DNA of 64,000 bases, from contig CAZKRD010000001.1 in the NCBI GenBank assembly GCA_964555185.1, positions 124,265 through 188,264 on the forward strand. Reading direction: 5' to 3'. The DNA is from an uncultured Candidatus Saccharibacteria bacterium (GTDB lineage Bacteria; Patescibacteriota; JAQUNI01). The stretch's first letter is position 1; each line of letters begins with the position of its first letter. Below, one piece after another: positions 8,807-17,176 of this stretch. The notes under the pieces are model-generated. The model saw nothing but the letters and a program-made list of their open reading frames with translations, did not search any database and was not told the DNA's origin. Position numbers and translations under genes: made by a program.

Positions 8807-11800
8807 AAATATTTGCTCTGCTCGCTTTTATCCTGATCGGCGTGTTTTGGGGTGTGGGAAGGGTCGCGAAGGTTCAGGCGGAGAATCTGGTGGAGTGCAA
8901 ACGGAAAGCCTCTGTAGCAGCAACAGCATCATATTGGACAAAGGGTGATGTAAAGTGTGATTTAGATCAGAATCAGATTTGTGCCTACTATTCGGAATGG
9001 GGTAGCTTGGGATGGTATCCTAAAGAGATATGTAAAAAATTAGTTGAGGCCCGACATTGCTTAGGAGAAGACCCTGACTGTAATACAGATTTTGAAGGCG
9101 CTTTATTTGGAGGCGATGTAGAGAATGTTAAAATGAGAGAAGGGATTGAAACTGTGCCAGCTTATTATATGAGTGATAAGGATTATAAAATTGGCTGTCA
9201 GCAAGGGTTTTCGCCTGCTTCAACTGGCGATCATGAGAGGGCAATAGGTGTTGGTTTGGGGAGGAGGTCTGCTGAAATCTATCAATGCTTAGAGGAAACC
9301 GACCCCGGGGTTTATCAGGATGCTTGCGGCGATGGCAGAGGCGTACATAAAGAAGGGGATCAAATCATACCCACGGCTTGTGTAAGCTCTGATAAGCAAT
9401 GCGTGCCTCAGACCAAAGACGGACAATATGTATTCTTCGCGATTGCTAATAGAACGCTAACGCGCGAACAGGAATGGGTTGATGTTGGTAATCCATCGAG
9501 AGTCGTTATAAAACCAGGAAGCAAGGCTTATTGTTATGATACTTATCAAGAGATAGATTCTGCTAATTGTTATTTAGAAGCAGATAAAGACTTAATAGAT
9601 AAAGATTCTCCTGGCAGAAAGATTACCCCTAGCATAAACGCTGTTTATGGCGCAATAGTTGGTCAGAACGTTAAAGAATATTTTAGGCCGCATTATGAAT
9701 GTGAAGAAGGGGGCAGTGCATTTTGGCAGATATTCAACAGCACAATCGGCGTAGCATTGACCACGATTTTTGGCCTTATTGCCTCGGTTATTATTTTTAT
9801 TCTTGGCGCTGTGTTTTGGCTCGTTACCGCTTTTTTGGAATGGGTAATGGGGATTAGTAAGATAGAGGTAGGGATTATTGATATTGTTTGGGAGTTTTTG
9901 CGTGATTTTTCCAATATGTTCTTTATTATCATCCTGCTCTATATTGCTTTCTGTACGGTTTTGCGCATCCAGAGCCAGAATATTAAAAAAGCCCTGCCCT
10001 GGTTTATGTTTTCTGTCATCCTGATCAATTTTTCTCAAGTGATTTGTCAGATAGTGCTTGATTTTTCCCAGATTTTGATTGACGGCATTTATTACTTAAT
10101 GCCCGGGAACTGGTGGGGGCGGGTAAATTTTGTTTTGCATGCCGGGGGCATGGATGAATGGATGAATGTCAGGACTGTTTTTGGCAGTAGAAAGTTAAAT
10201 GATTTTGTCGGCGTAATCGGGGCGCAGGGTTTGAGTATTCTTTATATGGTGGCGTCCGTGATTGTTTTTGGCGCGACTGCTTTTCTTTTGGCAATCCGGA
10301 TTGTGGTTTTGTGGATTATGACCGCGATTTCGCCGCTTATTTATGTCGCGATGGCTGTTGGCAACAAGGGCATTGTCAAAAAGTACTGGATCAGTTTCTT
10401 GCGCACAGCCTTTTTCGCGCCAGTAATGATTTTTTGTATTGTCATCTCCATTGTTATTTTAAGCTATGATTTGGATGATTATTTAAAGTCAGAAGTGGGT
10501 ACAGTAGAACAGGTTTTAAGTGAAGAAGCAACTCAAGGAAATATTGTCACCGAAGCCGGCTCATTCCAGAATTTTATCCAACTGATTTTCGCCCTTGCTT
10601 TTATGTGTACTGGGCTTGTTGTCGCGCGCAAAGGCAGTGTGATCGGCGCTGACGGGGTAGTTAAAGGGGCGATGAAGCTTGGCAAGATGACTGCGCCCTG
10701 GATCACGGGTGTTAAACCGGCTGGCCATGGCGTGAAAGCGCTGGCTGGCTATGGCTGGCGTCAGGCCTTGAAGAGCCGGGCCGGGAAATATTTGAAGGTT
10801 GTCAGTCCCACGGTTTGGAAAAGAGCAACCAAGGCGCGCCGCGAGCGCGTGATGGAAGAAACTTTTGTCCCGCGCGCTGCCGAACTACAGCCAAGGCTCG
10901 CCGGCTGGCATGCTTTTTGGCACGGCGGCGGTCCTGCCTATGAGATGGAGAAGAAGAGAGCGGATAGTGCTAAAAGGAAATTAGCCAAAGATGAAGGCGA
11001 TAGGTTGACTCAGACTGATGAGCCATCAGAGTCTTTTATTGGCGTAATGAAAGTAGCCTTAGATCAAGCTAAGGAGCGGGGTGATCTTGGTTCGATTCGT
11101 GCGCTAACCCCTCTTGTTGAAGGAGCGCTCCGCACGGCGGGAATAGCGCGCGGCGACTGGAATGATGTCTTAAAGAGTAAATTTCTTAAAGAATCGGGAT
11201 ATGGCATTCAAAGAGCGACAACCGGCGCTGATGTTAGGATGTTTAAACAGCTTTTCGGCGATGACCCAGAGGCAATTCAAGTTTTAAACAGTTTGGCCGA
11301 GTCTTCCAAATCCAAATACACCCACCTTGCTTACGCTACCTATTTTGATGAAGAACAAGGCAAGCTGATCTATGGTATTGATAGAAAGGCGACAAGGTCG
11401 GAGATGAAAAGTGAGTTAGAAAAGTTAAATAAAAGAAGATTGAAAGCAGGCGAACAGGAGATGGAATTTGATGATTTCTATGAAGAGATTATTGAAAACT
11501 TAGGACAGGTTGACTCAACTGTTCGAGAAAATAAGCGGCTTCAGCAATTAGGTATGGCCGATGAGGTAGCCAATATAATCAAATTCTATAATAATGACCG
11601 CTCTAAAACAATTCTGGGTGAATTGGCGAAGAAAAGCCCTAAGGATAAATGGACAGTTAATCCAGGCGCGTTTGCCGCGGAAATCGGTGGGGGCTACACA
11701 GACCCTGAGACTGGTGAGTGGCATAAATATTATGGCGAGACAGCTTCAACAGAAGCCTATGTTGAAAGTGCAACCATGGCCGACGCAACAAGAATCGACA

Positions 11801-12159
11801 GCTGGGCTCCTCCGCGCATGCGCAAGGCCATTCTTGGTAATGAAAAAATGGTGAATAAAGTTCTTGAAGGGATAGAAACAAAGAGAAGAAAGGAGAAAAA
11901 AGATGAACTTGAGCAAGCAAAGGCTGTAGGTAACAGAGAAGAAGTAGAGAGAATTGAAAATTATATTACGGAACAAAGAGTAGTTTGGAACGCATTGTAT
12001 AGGAAGCTTAAGATAAAAGAGAAAACTGTTGTTGATGGAACCAAAAAGCAAACTGTTGTTGATGGAACCGAGGACGAGACAACAAGAACAGAGGAAGACG
12101 AAGCAGATGCTGCTGAAGATGCAGCTGCAGCTGCTGAAGAGGAAACAGAAGGAACTTAA
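8788..12159 (+). CDS. VirB6/TrbL-like polytopic membrane protein with Cys-rich N-terminal ectodomain and a ~400-aa C-terminal module (1123 aa)
   Basis: Signal/TM (IFALLAFILIGVFWGV), a Cys-rich region, then 6-8 predicted TM helices at aa 300-620 (IGVALTTIFGLIASVIIFILGAVFWLV..., ILYMVASVIVFGATAFLLAIRIVVLWIMTAISPLIYVAMAV...). It lies immediately upstream of the VirB3-like/VirB4 genes. The C-terminal part (nt ~10944..12156) is paralogous to 13434..14618. Confidence 0.5.
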   Translation: MRKNKLKIFALLAFILIGVFWGVGRVAKVQAENLVECKRKASVAATASYWTKGDVKCDLDQNQICAYYSEWGSLGWYPKEICKKLVEARHCLGEDPDCNTDFEGALFGGDVENVKMREGIETVPAYYMSDKDYKIGCQQGFSPASTGDHERAIGVGLGRRSAEIYQCLEETDPGVYQDACGDGRGVHKEGDQIIPTACVSSDKQCVPQTKDGQYVFFAIANRTLTREQEWVDVGNPSRVVIKPGSKAYCYDTYQEIDSANCYLEADKDLIDKDSPGRKITPSINAVYGAIVGQNVKEYFRPHYECEEGGSAFWQIFNSTIGVALTTIFGLIASVIIFILGAVFWLVTAFLEWVMGISKIEVGIIDIVWEFLRDFSNMFFIIILLYIAFCTVLRIQSQNIKKALPWFMFSVILINFSQVICQIVLDFSQILIDGIYYLMPGNWWGRVNFVLHAGGMDEWMNVRTVFGSRKLNDFVGVIGAQGLSILYMVASVIVFGATAFLLAIRIVVLWIMTAISPLIYVAMAVGNKGIVKKYWISFLRTAFFAPVMIFCIVISIVILSYDLDDYLKSEVGTVEQVLSEEATQGNIVTEAGSFQNFIQLIFALAFMCTGLVVARKGSVIGADGVVKGAMKLGKMTAPWITGVKPAGHGVKALAGYGWRQALKSRAGKYLKVVSPTVWKRATKARRERVMEETFVPRAAELQPRLAGWHAFWHGGGPAYEMEKKRADSAKRKLAKDEGDRLTQTDEPSESFIGVMKVALDQAKERGDLGSIRALTPLVEGALRTAGIARGDWNDVLKSKFLKESGYGIQRATTGADVRMFKQLFGDDPEAIQVLNSLAESSKSKYTHLAYATYFDEEQGKLIYGIDRKATRSEMKSELEKLNKRRLKAGEQEMEFDDFYEEIIENLGQVDSTVRENKRLQQLGMADEVANIIKFYNNDRSKTILGELAKKSPKDKWTVNPGAFAAEIGGGYTDPETGEWHKYYGETASTEAYVESATMADATRIDSWAPPRMRKAILGNEKMVNKVLEGIETKRRKEKKDELEQAKAVGNREEVERIENYITEQRVVWNALYRKLKIKEKTVVDGTKKQTVVDGTEDETTRTEEDEADAAEDAAAAAEEETEGT

Positions 12160-12186
12160 AAATTTAAGACAAATATAATTTGATCC

Positions 12187-13374
12187 ATGGATCAGGATTT
12201 AAATAATTTAAAAGTACAAGATTTAAGCCGGCAAGAGGTAGTGAACAAGATTCAAGCCAAGGTTAGTTTTATTATCCGCTTTGCTGACGATGATCAGGCT
12301 TGGCCTCTTTCTTTGGCTTTAAGGAGGATTCGCAAACAGAAGGATAAGGCCTTAACCCCCGAGCTTTTAGAGCGGCTAAAGCTGTGGTCAGTTTTAGTGG
12401 ATTATGTTTGTTTTCCGGCGCAAACCGAAGAGAGGACAATCGAAATCTTCCGAGATCATATGAAGGAAGTGTTGAGTTTGGAGCGGGACACGGTTATGGG
12501 CGGTTTGGAAAGCAAGCTGTGGGCTGATCCTGCCGGCCCTCGCGAGGAGCTGGGCGTCAAGCTGATTGGGGCTTTGAAGGCAAACAGGCAAAAGCTTGGA
12601 GATTTGACCTTGGGCGAATGGATTGCCACTTTTATCCATAGTTACCCCAATGTTCCTAATCTGGCTGATTTTGAAGAACGGAATTTTTTGAACAAAAACA
12701 AACAAGCGCGCGCTCTTGACCCCAAAGGCAGAGAGATTCTAGCTAAGCTTTTAAAGGTTTATGATCTCTTGCGTCCTTTAGAGGCGGGCAATTATTATTT
12801 CCAAGCGCTGGCGCAAGGCAAAGACTTGTTCGTCGAAGAAGAAAAGCAGGTAAGACTGGGTCGGGCCTTAGGCAGGACAGCGCGGCTCCAAGACGGTAGA
12901 GCTGGAGTGCGGAGTTTTCAGGATATTCGGACCCAGGGCAAGAGTCCGCGCGTTCCTCCCAGGGCGCCGCGGGGAGTGGGACAAGGAAGCAGGCCCGTTC
13001 CGCTCGGGCAAGGCCAAGGCCAAGTCTCCCCAAGGGCGGCGACTACCCAAGGGATTAATCCGCCGCCAAGGGTTCCAGTTTTGCCCCCTGATTTTAAGAT
13101 TAAGCCCCGGCTGGAAATCGAAAAACCAACCAAGCCTTCTTTTCAAAATCAAATATCTCCTAAATCCGAGCAGGTTCCGAGTCCTTCAAGCCAAGTTGAA
13201 CCAGAAACCCCTCGGGAAGCGGGCGCTTTGACTGTTGGCGAGCTGGAGAGAGCGGCCCAGAGAGGCGATCCGGTCGAAGAAGAGAGGCTGCGGAAAATGA
13301 TCCGTCAGGGTTTTAACAAGCTCTCGCCAGAAGCGCGCCAATATGTTAGCAACAGTCCCTTTTGGGCAGAGTAG
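12187..13374 (+). CDS. Hypothetical protein with Pro/Gly/Gln-rich low-complexity region
   Basis: 395-aa ORF, no recognisable motif. Contains PRVPPRAPRGVGQGSRPVPLGQGQGQVSPR. Confidence 0.55.
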   Translation: MDQDLNNLKVQDLSRQEVVNKIQAKVSFIIRFADDDQAWPLSLALRRIRKQKDKALTPELLERLKLWSVLVDYVCFPAQTEERTIEIFRDHMKEVLSLERDTVMGGLESKLWADPAGPREELGVKLIGALKANRQKLGDLTLGEWIATFIHSYPNVPNLADFEERNFLNKNKQARALDPKGREILAKLLKVYDLLRPLEAGNYYFQALAQGKDLFVEEEKQVRLGRALGRTARLQDGRAGVRSFQDIRTQGKSPRVPPRAPRGVGQGSRPVPLGQGQGQVSPRAATTQGINPPPRVPVLPPDFKIKPRLEIEKPTKPSFQNQISPKSEQVPSPSSQVEPETPREAGALTVGELERAAQRGDPVEEERLRKMIRQGFNKLSPEARQYVSNSPFWAE

Positions 13375-14621
13375 TATTTATTTTAAAATTTCAAATGAGA
13401 AGAGAAAATTCAGGAAAAAATTTTGCTTATGGAATGGAACGGAAAAGAGCAGATGTTTCTAAAAGGCAGTTAGCAAAAAATGAAGCCAAAACACTGCTAG
13501 AATCAGATGAACCAACCGAGTCTATTGTTTATATTTTAAAACAGGAATTAGAACGGCTTGAAAAGAAAGGGCTTCTTGGCACAGACCAAGCTTTAACCCC
13601 TTTAGCAGAGGGAGCAATGCGTGCAGCGGCTTCCCGCGGGGATTGGAATAATGTTTTGAGAAGCGATCTTCTAAAAAGATACGACTATGGTACTCAAAAG
13701 GCAAGTACGGGCGCTGATGTTAGGATGTTTAAGAAACTTTTTGGCGATAGTTCAGAAGCAATTCAGGTTTTAAACAGTTTAGCTGAATCCTCTAAAGCCG
13801 AGTACACCCATTTGGCTTATGCCACTTATTATGATGGAGAAGAGAGTAGGTTAAAATACAGCATAGATAGAAAAGAATACTTAGATTCAATGGAAGAGCA
13901 AAGGGTGAAAATGAATAAAAAGAGAAGAAAAGCTGGACAAGAGGAGATTTCAAGGGATGATTTTTATAATCTAGTTATTGATAATTTAGGAGAAGTGGAC
14001 GCGGAGATTAGACAGAAGAATGAGTTAAAGAAGGAAAATGTTGCTGAAGGAATAGCTGAAGTGATTAAGCTTTATAATAAAGATCGGGGTGATGCGATTA
14101 TGGCTGAATTGGCAAAAAAGGATCCTAAAGCTAAATGGAAGGTTAACCCGGGCGTATTTGCCGCGGAAATTGGCGGCGGTTATTGGGAGTTGAATCCCGA
14201 AACAGGCAAAGAGGAATATGTTGCTAAATACTATGGCGAAACAGCATCATCTCGGGCTTATATTGAGAGCGCGACCACGGCGGACGCGGAAAGAATAGAC
14301 AGTTGGGCTTCTCCGCGCATGCGCAGAGCTATTCTTGATAATAGGAAAATGGTGAATAACATCCTTGAAAGAATAGAAAACGAGAAAAGAGAGGAAGCTA
14401 AGAAAGCAAGGATTTCGGGAAATGCAGAAGAAGTAAGGAGACTTGAAGACTATGCTAACAAAAAGAGGGTAATTTGGAATCGTATATATGAAAAACTTGA
14501 GATATCACAAAGCAAGGACGGTAATGCTGGTACTGGTTTCATCGATAGAGAGGGAAAAGCTCAAGTTGTGGCTGAAGATGATGAGGCCGCAGTAGCCAAA
14601 GAAGAAACAGGGGGGACTTAA
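13362..14621 (+). CDS. Stand-alone paralog of the C-terminal module of the VirB6-like protein
   Basis: MERKRADVSKRQLAKNE...STGADVRMFKKLFGDSSEAIQVLNSLAESSKAEYTHLAYATYYD...KWKVNPGVFAAEIGGGY...DSWASPRMRRAIL...EETGGT versus MEKKRADSAKRKLAKDE...TGADVRMFKQLFGDDPEAIQVLNSLAESSKSKYTHLAYATYFD...DSWAPPRMRKAIL...EETEGT. Nucleotide identity is high in blocks. The true start may be ATG 13434. Confidence 0.7.
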   Translation: MGRVVFILKFQMRRENSGKNFAYGMERKRADVSKRQLAKNEAKTLLESDEPTESIVYILKQELERLEKKGLLGTDQALTPLAEGAMRAAASRGDWNNVLRSDLLKRYDYGTQKASTGADVRMFKKLFGDSSEAIQVLNSLAESSKAEYTHLAYATYYDGEESRLKYSIDRKEYLDSMEEQRVKMNKKRRKAGQEEISRDDFYNLVIDNLGEVDAEIRQKNELKKENVAEGIAEVIKLYNKDRGDAIMAELAKKDPKAKWKVNPGVFAAEIGGGYWELNPETGKEEYVAKYYGETASSRAYIESATTADAERIDSWASPRMRRAILDNRKMVNNILERIENEKREEAKKARISGNAEEVRRLEDYANKKRVIWNRIYEKLEISQSKDGNAGTGFIDREGKAQVVAEDDEAAVAKEETGGT

Positions 14622-14632
14622 AAAATAATGGT

Positions 14633-15772
14633 ATGACTAATTTTTCTAAGAAAATTCTTCCAATTGCCGCTTCTCAAGAAACAGCGTCAAAGTTAGCTCA
14701 GATTGCTGAACGTTTTTCATTATCCCGCGAACAGCGGAATCTTCAGGCGCGGATTTTGAGTAAGCTTTTGACCGCGGAAATCGGCCCGGAAGACTTGGCG
14801 CGCGTTTTAAGGATTAATCTTAATTTGAATGAGCAAAAAGCCAATACTCTTGCGCGCGCCATCCAGAAAGAGGTATTGGCGGGTTTAGATACCGGCGGCG
14901 GTTCTAAAAGGAGAAAGAAAATAAGAAAAAATAGGCAAAGACCGAAAAAGACAAGACCGGAGAAAAAGGGAAAATCAGAGCAGGCAAAGTTTAGCGCTCA
15001 AGAATTAAGAGCATGGTTTGATCGTCTTGTCAGGGATTTCAATTTGAATTTATCAGAGCTTCAGACCTCTCGTTTAGAGAGCGCGGCTTTGACCTATCTC
15101 AAAGATGTCCGTGATGAGATCGAAACCGAAAATGTTTTGTACCGCTCCCAGAACGAAGGAGGAGTTGGTTTGGCTGTTCCAGAGGCCGTAAAGATTACCC
15201 GCCGTCTAATAGAAGACTTCCCGGAAGAGGAGAAAAACGGGATCCGCAAGTCTTTCCATCCCAGAAGATCCGCAAGAGAAAGGGAAAAGCCGCCAGAGAA
15301 GCCCTTCCCGCCAGAAAGTCTCCGAGCAACTCAACCAATCGAGAGACCAAAAGCTATCGCGCCAGAGGGAGCCCGCCTAATCTCTGATGTGATTGGAGCG
15401 CCGCCTCGCCTTTCCCAGAGACCAAAACAGAAAAAGAGGGGCTTGTCTATTTCTGATTTAAGCCAGATTGCTCAACTAAAAGATTTGAGCATTGAGGCCT
15501 TTAAGAGAAAGCGGGCCGCGCAAGTCGTCAGCGAATTTCAGAATAAAATTAACGCCCTGGTGGGCAAAGATGAAGCGAAAAGAATGCAGAGCATTGAGGC
15601 TTGGCGCCAGTGCGAACCTTATCAGCTATACATTATGATCGGCGAAGAAAGCATTGGCCAGGGCAAGACCGTAGCCGAAGTAGCCCGCGAGAGAGCAAGA
15701 CAGAACAAGCCTTATTTAACCGAGGAGGAATTCAATGCGGTCGCGGATGTGAGCCGCGAGTTTCAATACTAA
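14633..15772 (+). CDS. Hypothetical soluble basic protein (379 aa)
   Basis: ORF tightly packed after 13362..14621 (11-bp gap). Lys/Arg-rich tract GGGSKRRKKIRKNRQRPKKTRPEKKGK. No TM. Confidence 0.55.
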   Translation: MTNFSKKILPIAASQETASKLAQIAERFSLSREQRNLQARILSKLLTAEIGPEDLARVLRINLNLNEQKANTLARAIQKEVLAGLDTGGGSKRRKKIRKNRQRPKKTRPEKKGKSEQAKFSAQELRAWFDRLVRDFNLNLSELQTSRLESAALTYLKDVRDEIETENVLYRSQNEGGVGLAVPEAVKITRRLIEDFPEEEKNGIRKSFHPRRSAREREKPPEKPFPPESLRATQPIERPKAIAPEGARLISDVIGAPPRLSQRPKQKKRGLSISDLSQIAQLKDLSIEAFKRKRAAQVVSEFQNKINALVGKDEAKRMQSIEAWRQCEPYQLYIMIGEESIGQGKTVAEVARERARQNKPYLTEEEFNAVADVSREFQY

Positions 15773-15788
15773 TTTTGATACTAAAATT

Positions 15789-16205
15789 ATGCAAGCAGTC
15801 GTACCCCAATTTATTGAAGTTGAAGACAGAATCATTGGCCCTTTAACCTTAAAACAGTTTCTTTATTTTTTAGCAGCCGGCGGCATAGAGCTTGTCTATT
15901 GGTTTTTCTTTGATTTTTCTTTATTTATTTTAATCAGTATTCCGACCGTAGCGATCGCCTTCGCCTTCGCCTTCTTTAAGATTAACGATCGGCCTTTTAT
16001 CTATTTTGTTTTAGCGGTCATTGGGTTTTATCTAAAACCAGTGGTCAGGGTTTGGCATCGCCGCGGCAGTAAATTAACGGCGCGGGATATTATTGCTGTT
16101 TCTTTCCTTGAAGAAACTGAAGGTGTGGGGCACAAGGATTTGCTTAAAGCGCATATGAAGCGGGGACGGCTAGCCCACATCGAGAAAGCGCTTGAAACAG
16201 CGTAG
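15789..16205 (+). CDS. Small two-TM membrane protein, VirB3/PrgI-like by position and topology
   Basis: 138 aa with a hydrophobic hairpin (FLYFLAAGGIELVYWFFF...ILISIPTVAIAFAFAFF...FVLAVIGFYL). It lies directly upstream of the VirB4 N-domain ORF, as virB3 does in T4SS loci. Confidence 0.4.
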   Translation: MQAVVPQFIEVEDRIIGPLTLKQFLYFLAAGGIELVYWFFFDFSLFILISIPTVAIAFAFAFFKINDRPFIYFVLAVIGFYLKPVVRVWHRRGSKLTARDIIAVSFLEETEGVGHKDLLKAHMKRGRLAHIEKALETA

Positions 16206-16334
16206 AGTTTAGTTTAAAATTCAAAATGCAAAGTTAAAAGTTGCAATTAGAAGTTTAAAGTTATGGAAAATAAGGAGTTGAAAGGACAGCTAGTTAGGTT
16301 CCTATATCTATCGCTACTTTAATAAATTTGATAA

Positions 16335-16395
16335 AGAAAAGAAAACTTTAAATTTTGGATTCAATTTTGAACTTTGAACTTTGAACTTTTAACTA
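16335..16395. repeat. Family-B 8-bp periodic repeat upstream of the VirB4 N-domain ORF
   Basis: 'ttcaattttgaactttgaactttgaacttttaact'. Confidence 0.65.
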
Positions 16396-16402
16396 TATAC
16401 CT

Positions 16403-17155
16403 ATGCCCCCCAAACAAAAACCTAAAAATAAAACTAATCCCAAGGAGAATAAGAAGTCCAAAGGCCGTTTTTTCAGTCTCCATTCCAAAAAGCTGACCGC
16501 GGGCAAGCCCAAGAAAACCACCCAGCAATTTTTGGATATTGTTGGGATCAGGGATAATACAGTGGTGCTTCGCGACGGCACTCTGCGCGCGATTATCATG
16601 GTTTCCAGTATGAATTTTTCTTTGAAGGGCCAAGAAGAGCAGAACTCCATTATCTATAGTTATCAAAGTCTTTTGAATGCTCTGAATTTTCCTATCCAGT
16701 TTGTGATTCAGTCTCGAGAATTGAATATTGAGTCCTATCTTAAAAATTTGGAAGAGCTAGAAGCAAAGCAAACGAATGAGCTTTTAAGGATTCAGACCAT
16801 AGAATACCGCGAGTACGTGAGCGAACTTGTTGAGTGGGGCCAGATTATGCGCAAACGTTTTTACATAGTCGTATCCTATGCTTTGGTGGAAGCCAAGGAA
16901 GAAAGTATGCTGTCCAAATTCAGAGCGATTGTGCGGCCGGCGGAGATTGTGCGGCAAAAGGAAAAAGACTTCTTAAGATACAAAAGTCTTTTGGATCAGA
17001 GAGTGGCGCGTATGGACGGTCTCCTAAATTCAATCGGCTTAAAGAGCGTACGTTTGAATACACAGGAATTAATTGAGCTGTTCTATAACGTCTACAATCC
17101 GTTTGTTTCTAGAACTCAGCCCTTAGCTGATGTTAAGAAACTTAATATTGTCTAG
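16403..17155 (+). CDS. VirB4/TraE-family N-terminal domain encoded as a separate ORF
   Basis: QFLDIVGIRDNTVVLRDGTLRAIIMVSSMNFSLKGQEEQNSIIYSYQSLLNALNFPIQFVIQS...RFYIVVSY matches the pattern of the extreme N-terminus of Gram-positive-type VirB4 proteins. Same frame as 17177..19117, separated by TAG (17153-5) and TAA (17159-61). Confidence 0.5.
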   Translation: MPPKQKPKNKTNPKENKKSKGRFFSLHSKKLTAGKPKKTTQQFLDIVGIRDNTVVLRDGTLRAIIMVSSMNFSLKGQEEQNSIIYSYQSLLNALNFPIQFVIQSRELNIESYLKNLEELEAKQTNELLRIQTIEYREYVSELVEWGQIMRKRFYIVVSYALVEAKEESMLSKFRAIVRPAEIVRQKEKDFLRYKSLLDQRVARMDGLLNSIGLKSVRLNTQELIELFYNVYNPFVSRTQPLADVKKLNIV

Positions 17156-17176
17156 CCCTAAATCAGAAATAAATCA

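Noticed and set aside
9592-10038. 148-aa minus-strand ORF inside the VirB6-like gene
   Set aside because: Antisense to the hydrophobic TM-coding region, which yields artificial open frames, and no start signals. Other internal antisense ORFs (for example 45950..46474 and 55496..56041) were rejected likewise.
16403-17155. Alternative call as a VirB8/VirB10-like scaffold
   Set aside because: No TM helix or proline-rich region. The sequence pattern matches the VirB4 N-terminus, and it is in frame with the downstream VirB4 ORF.
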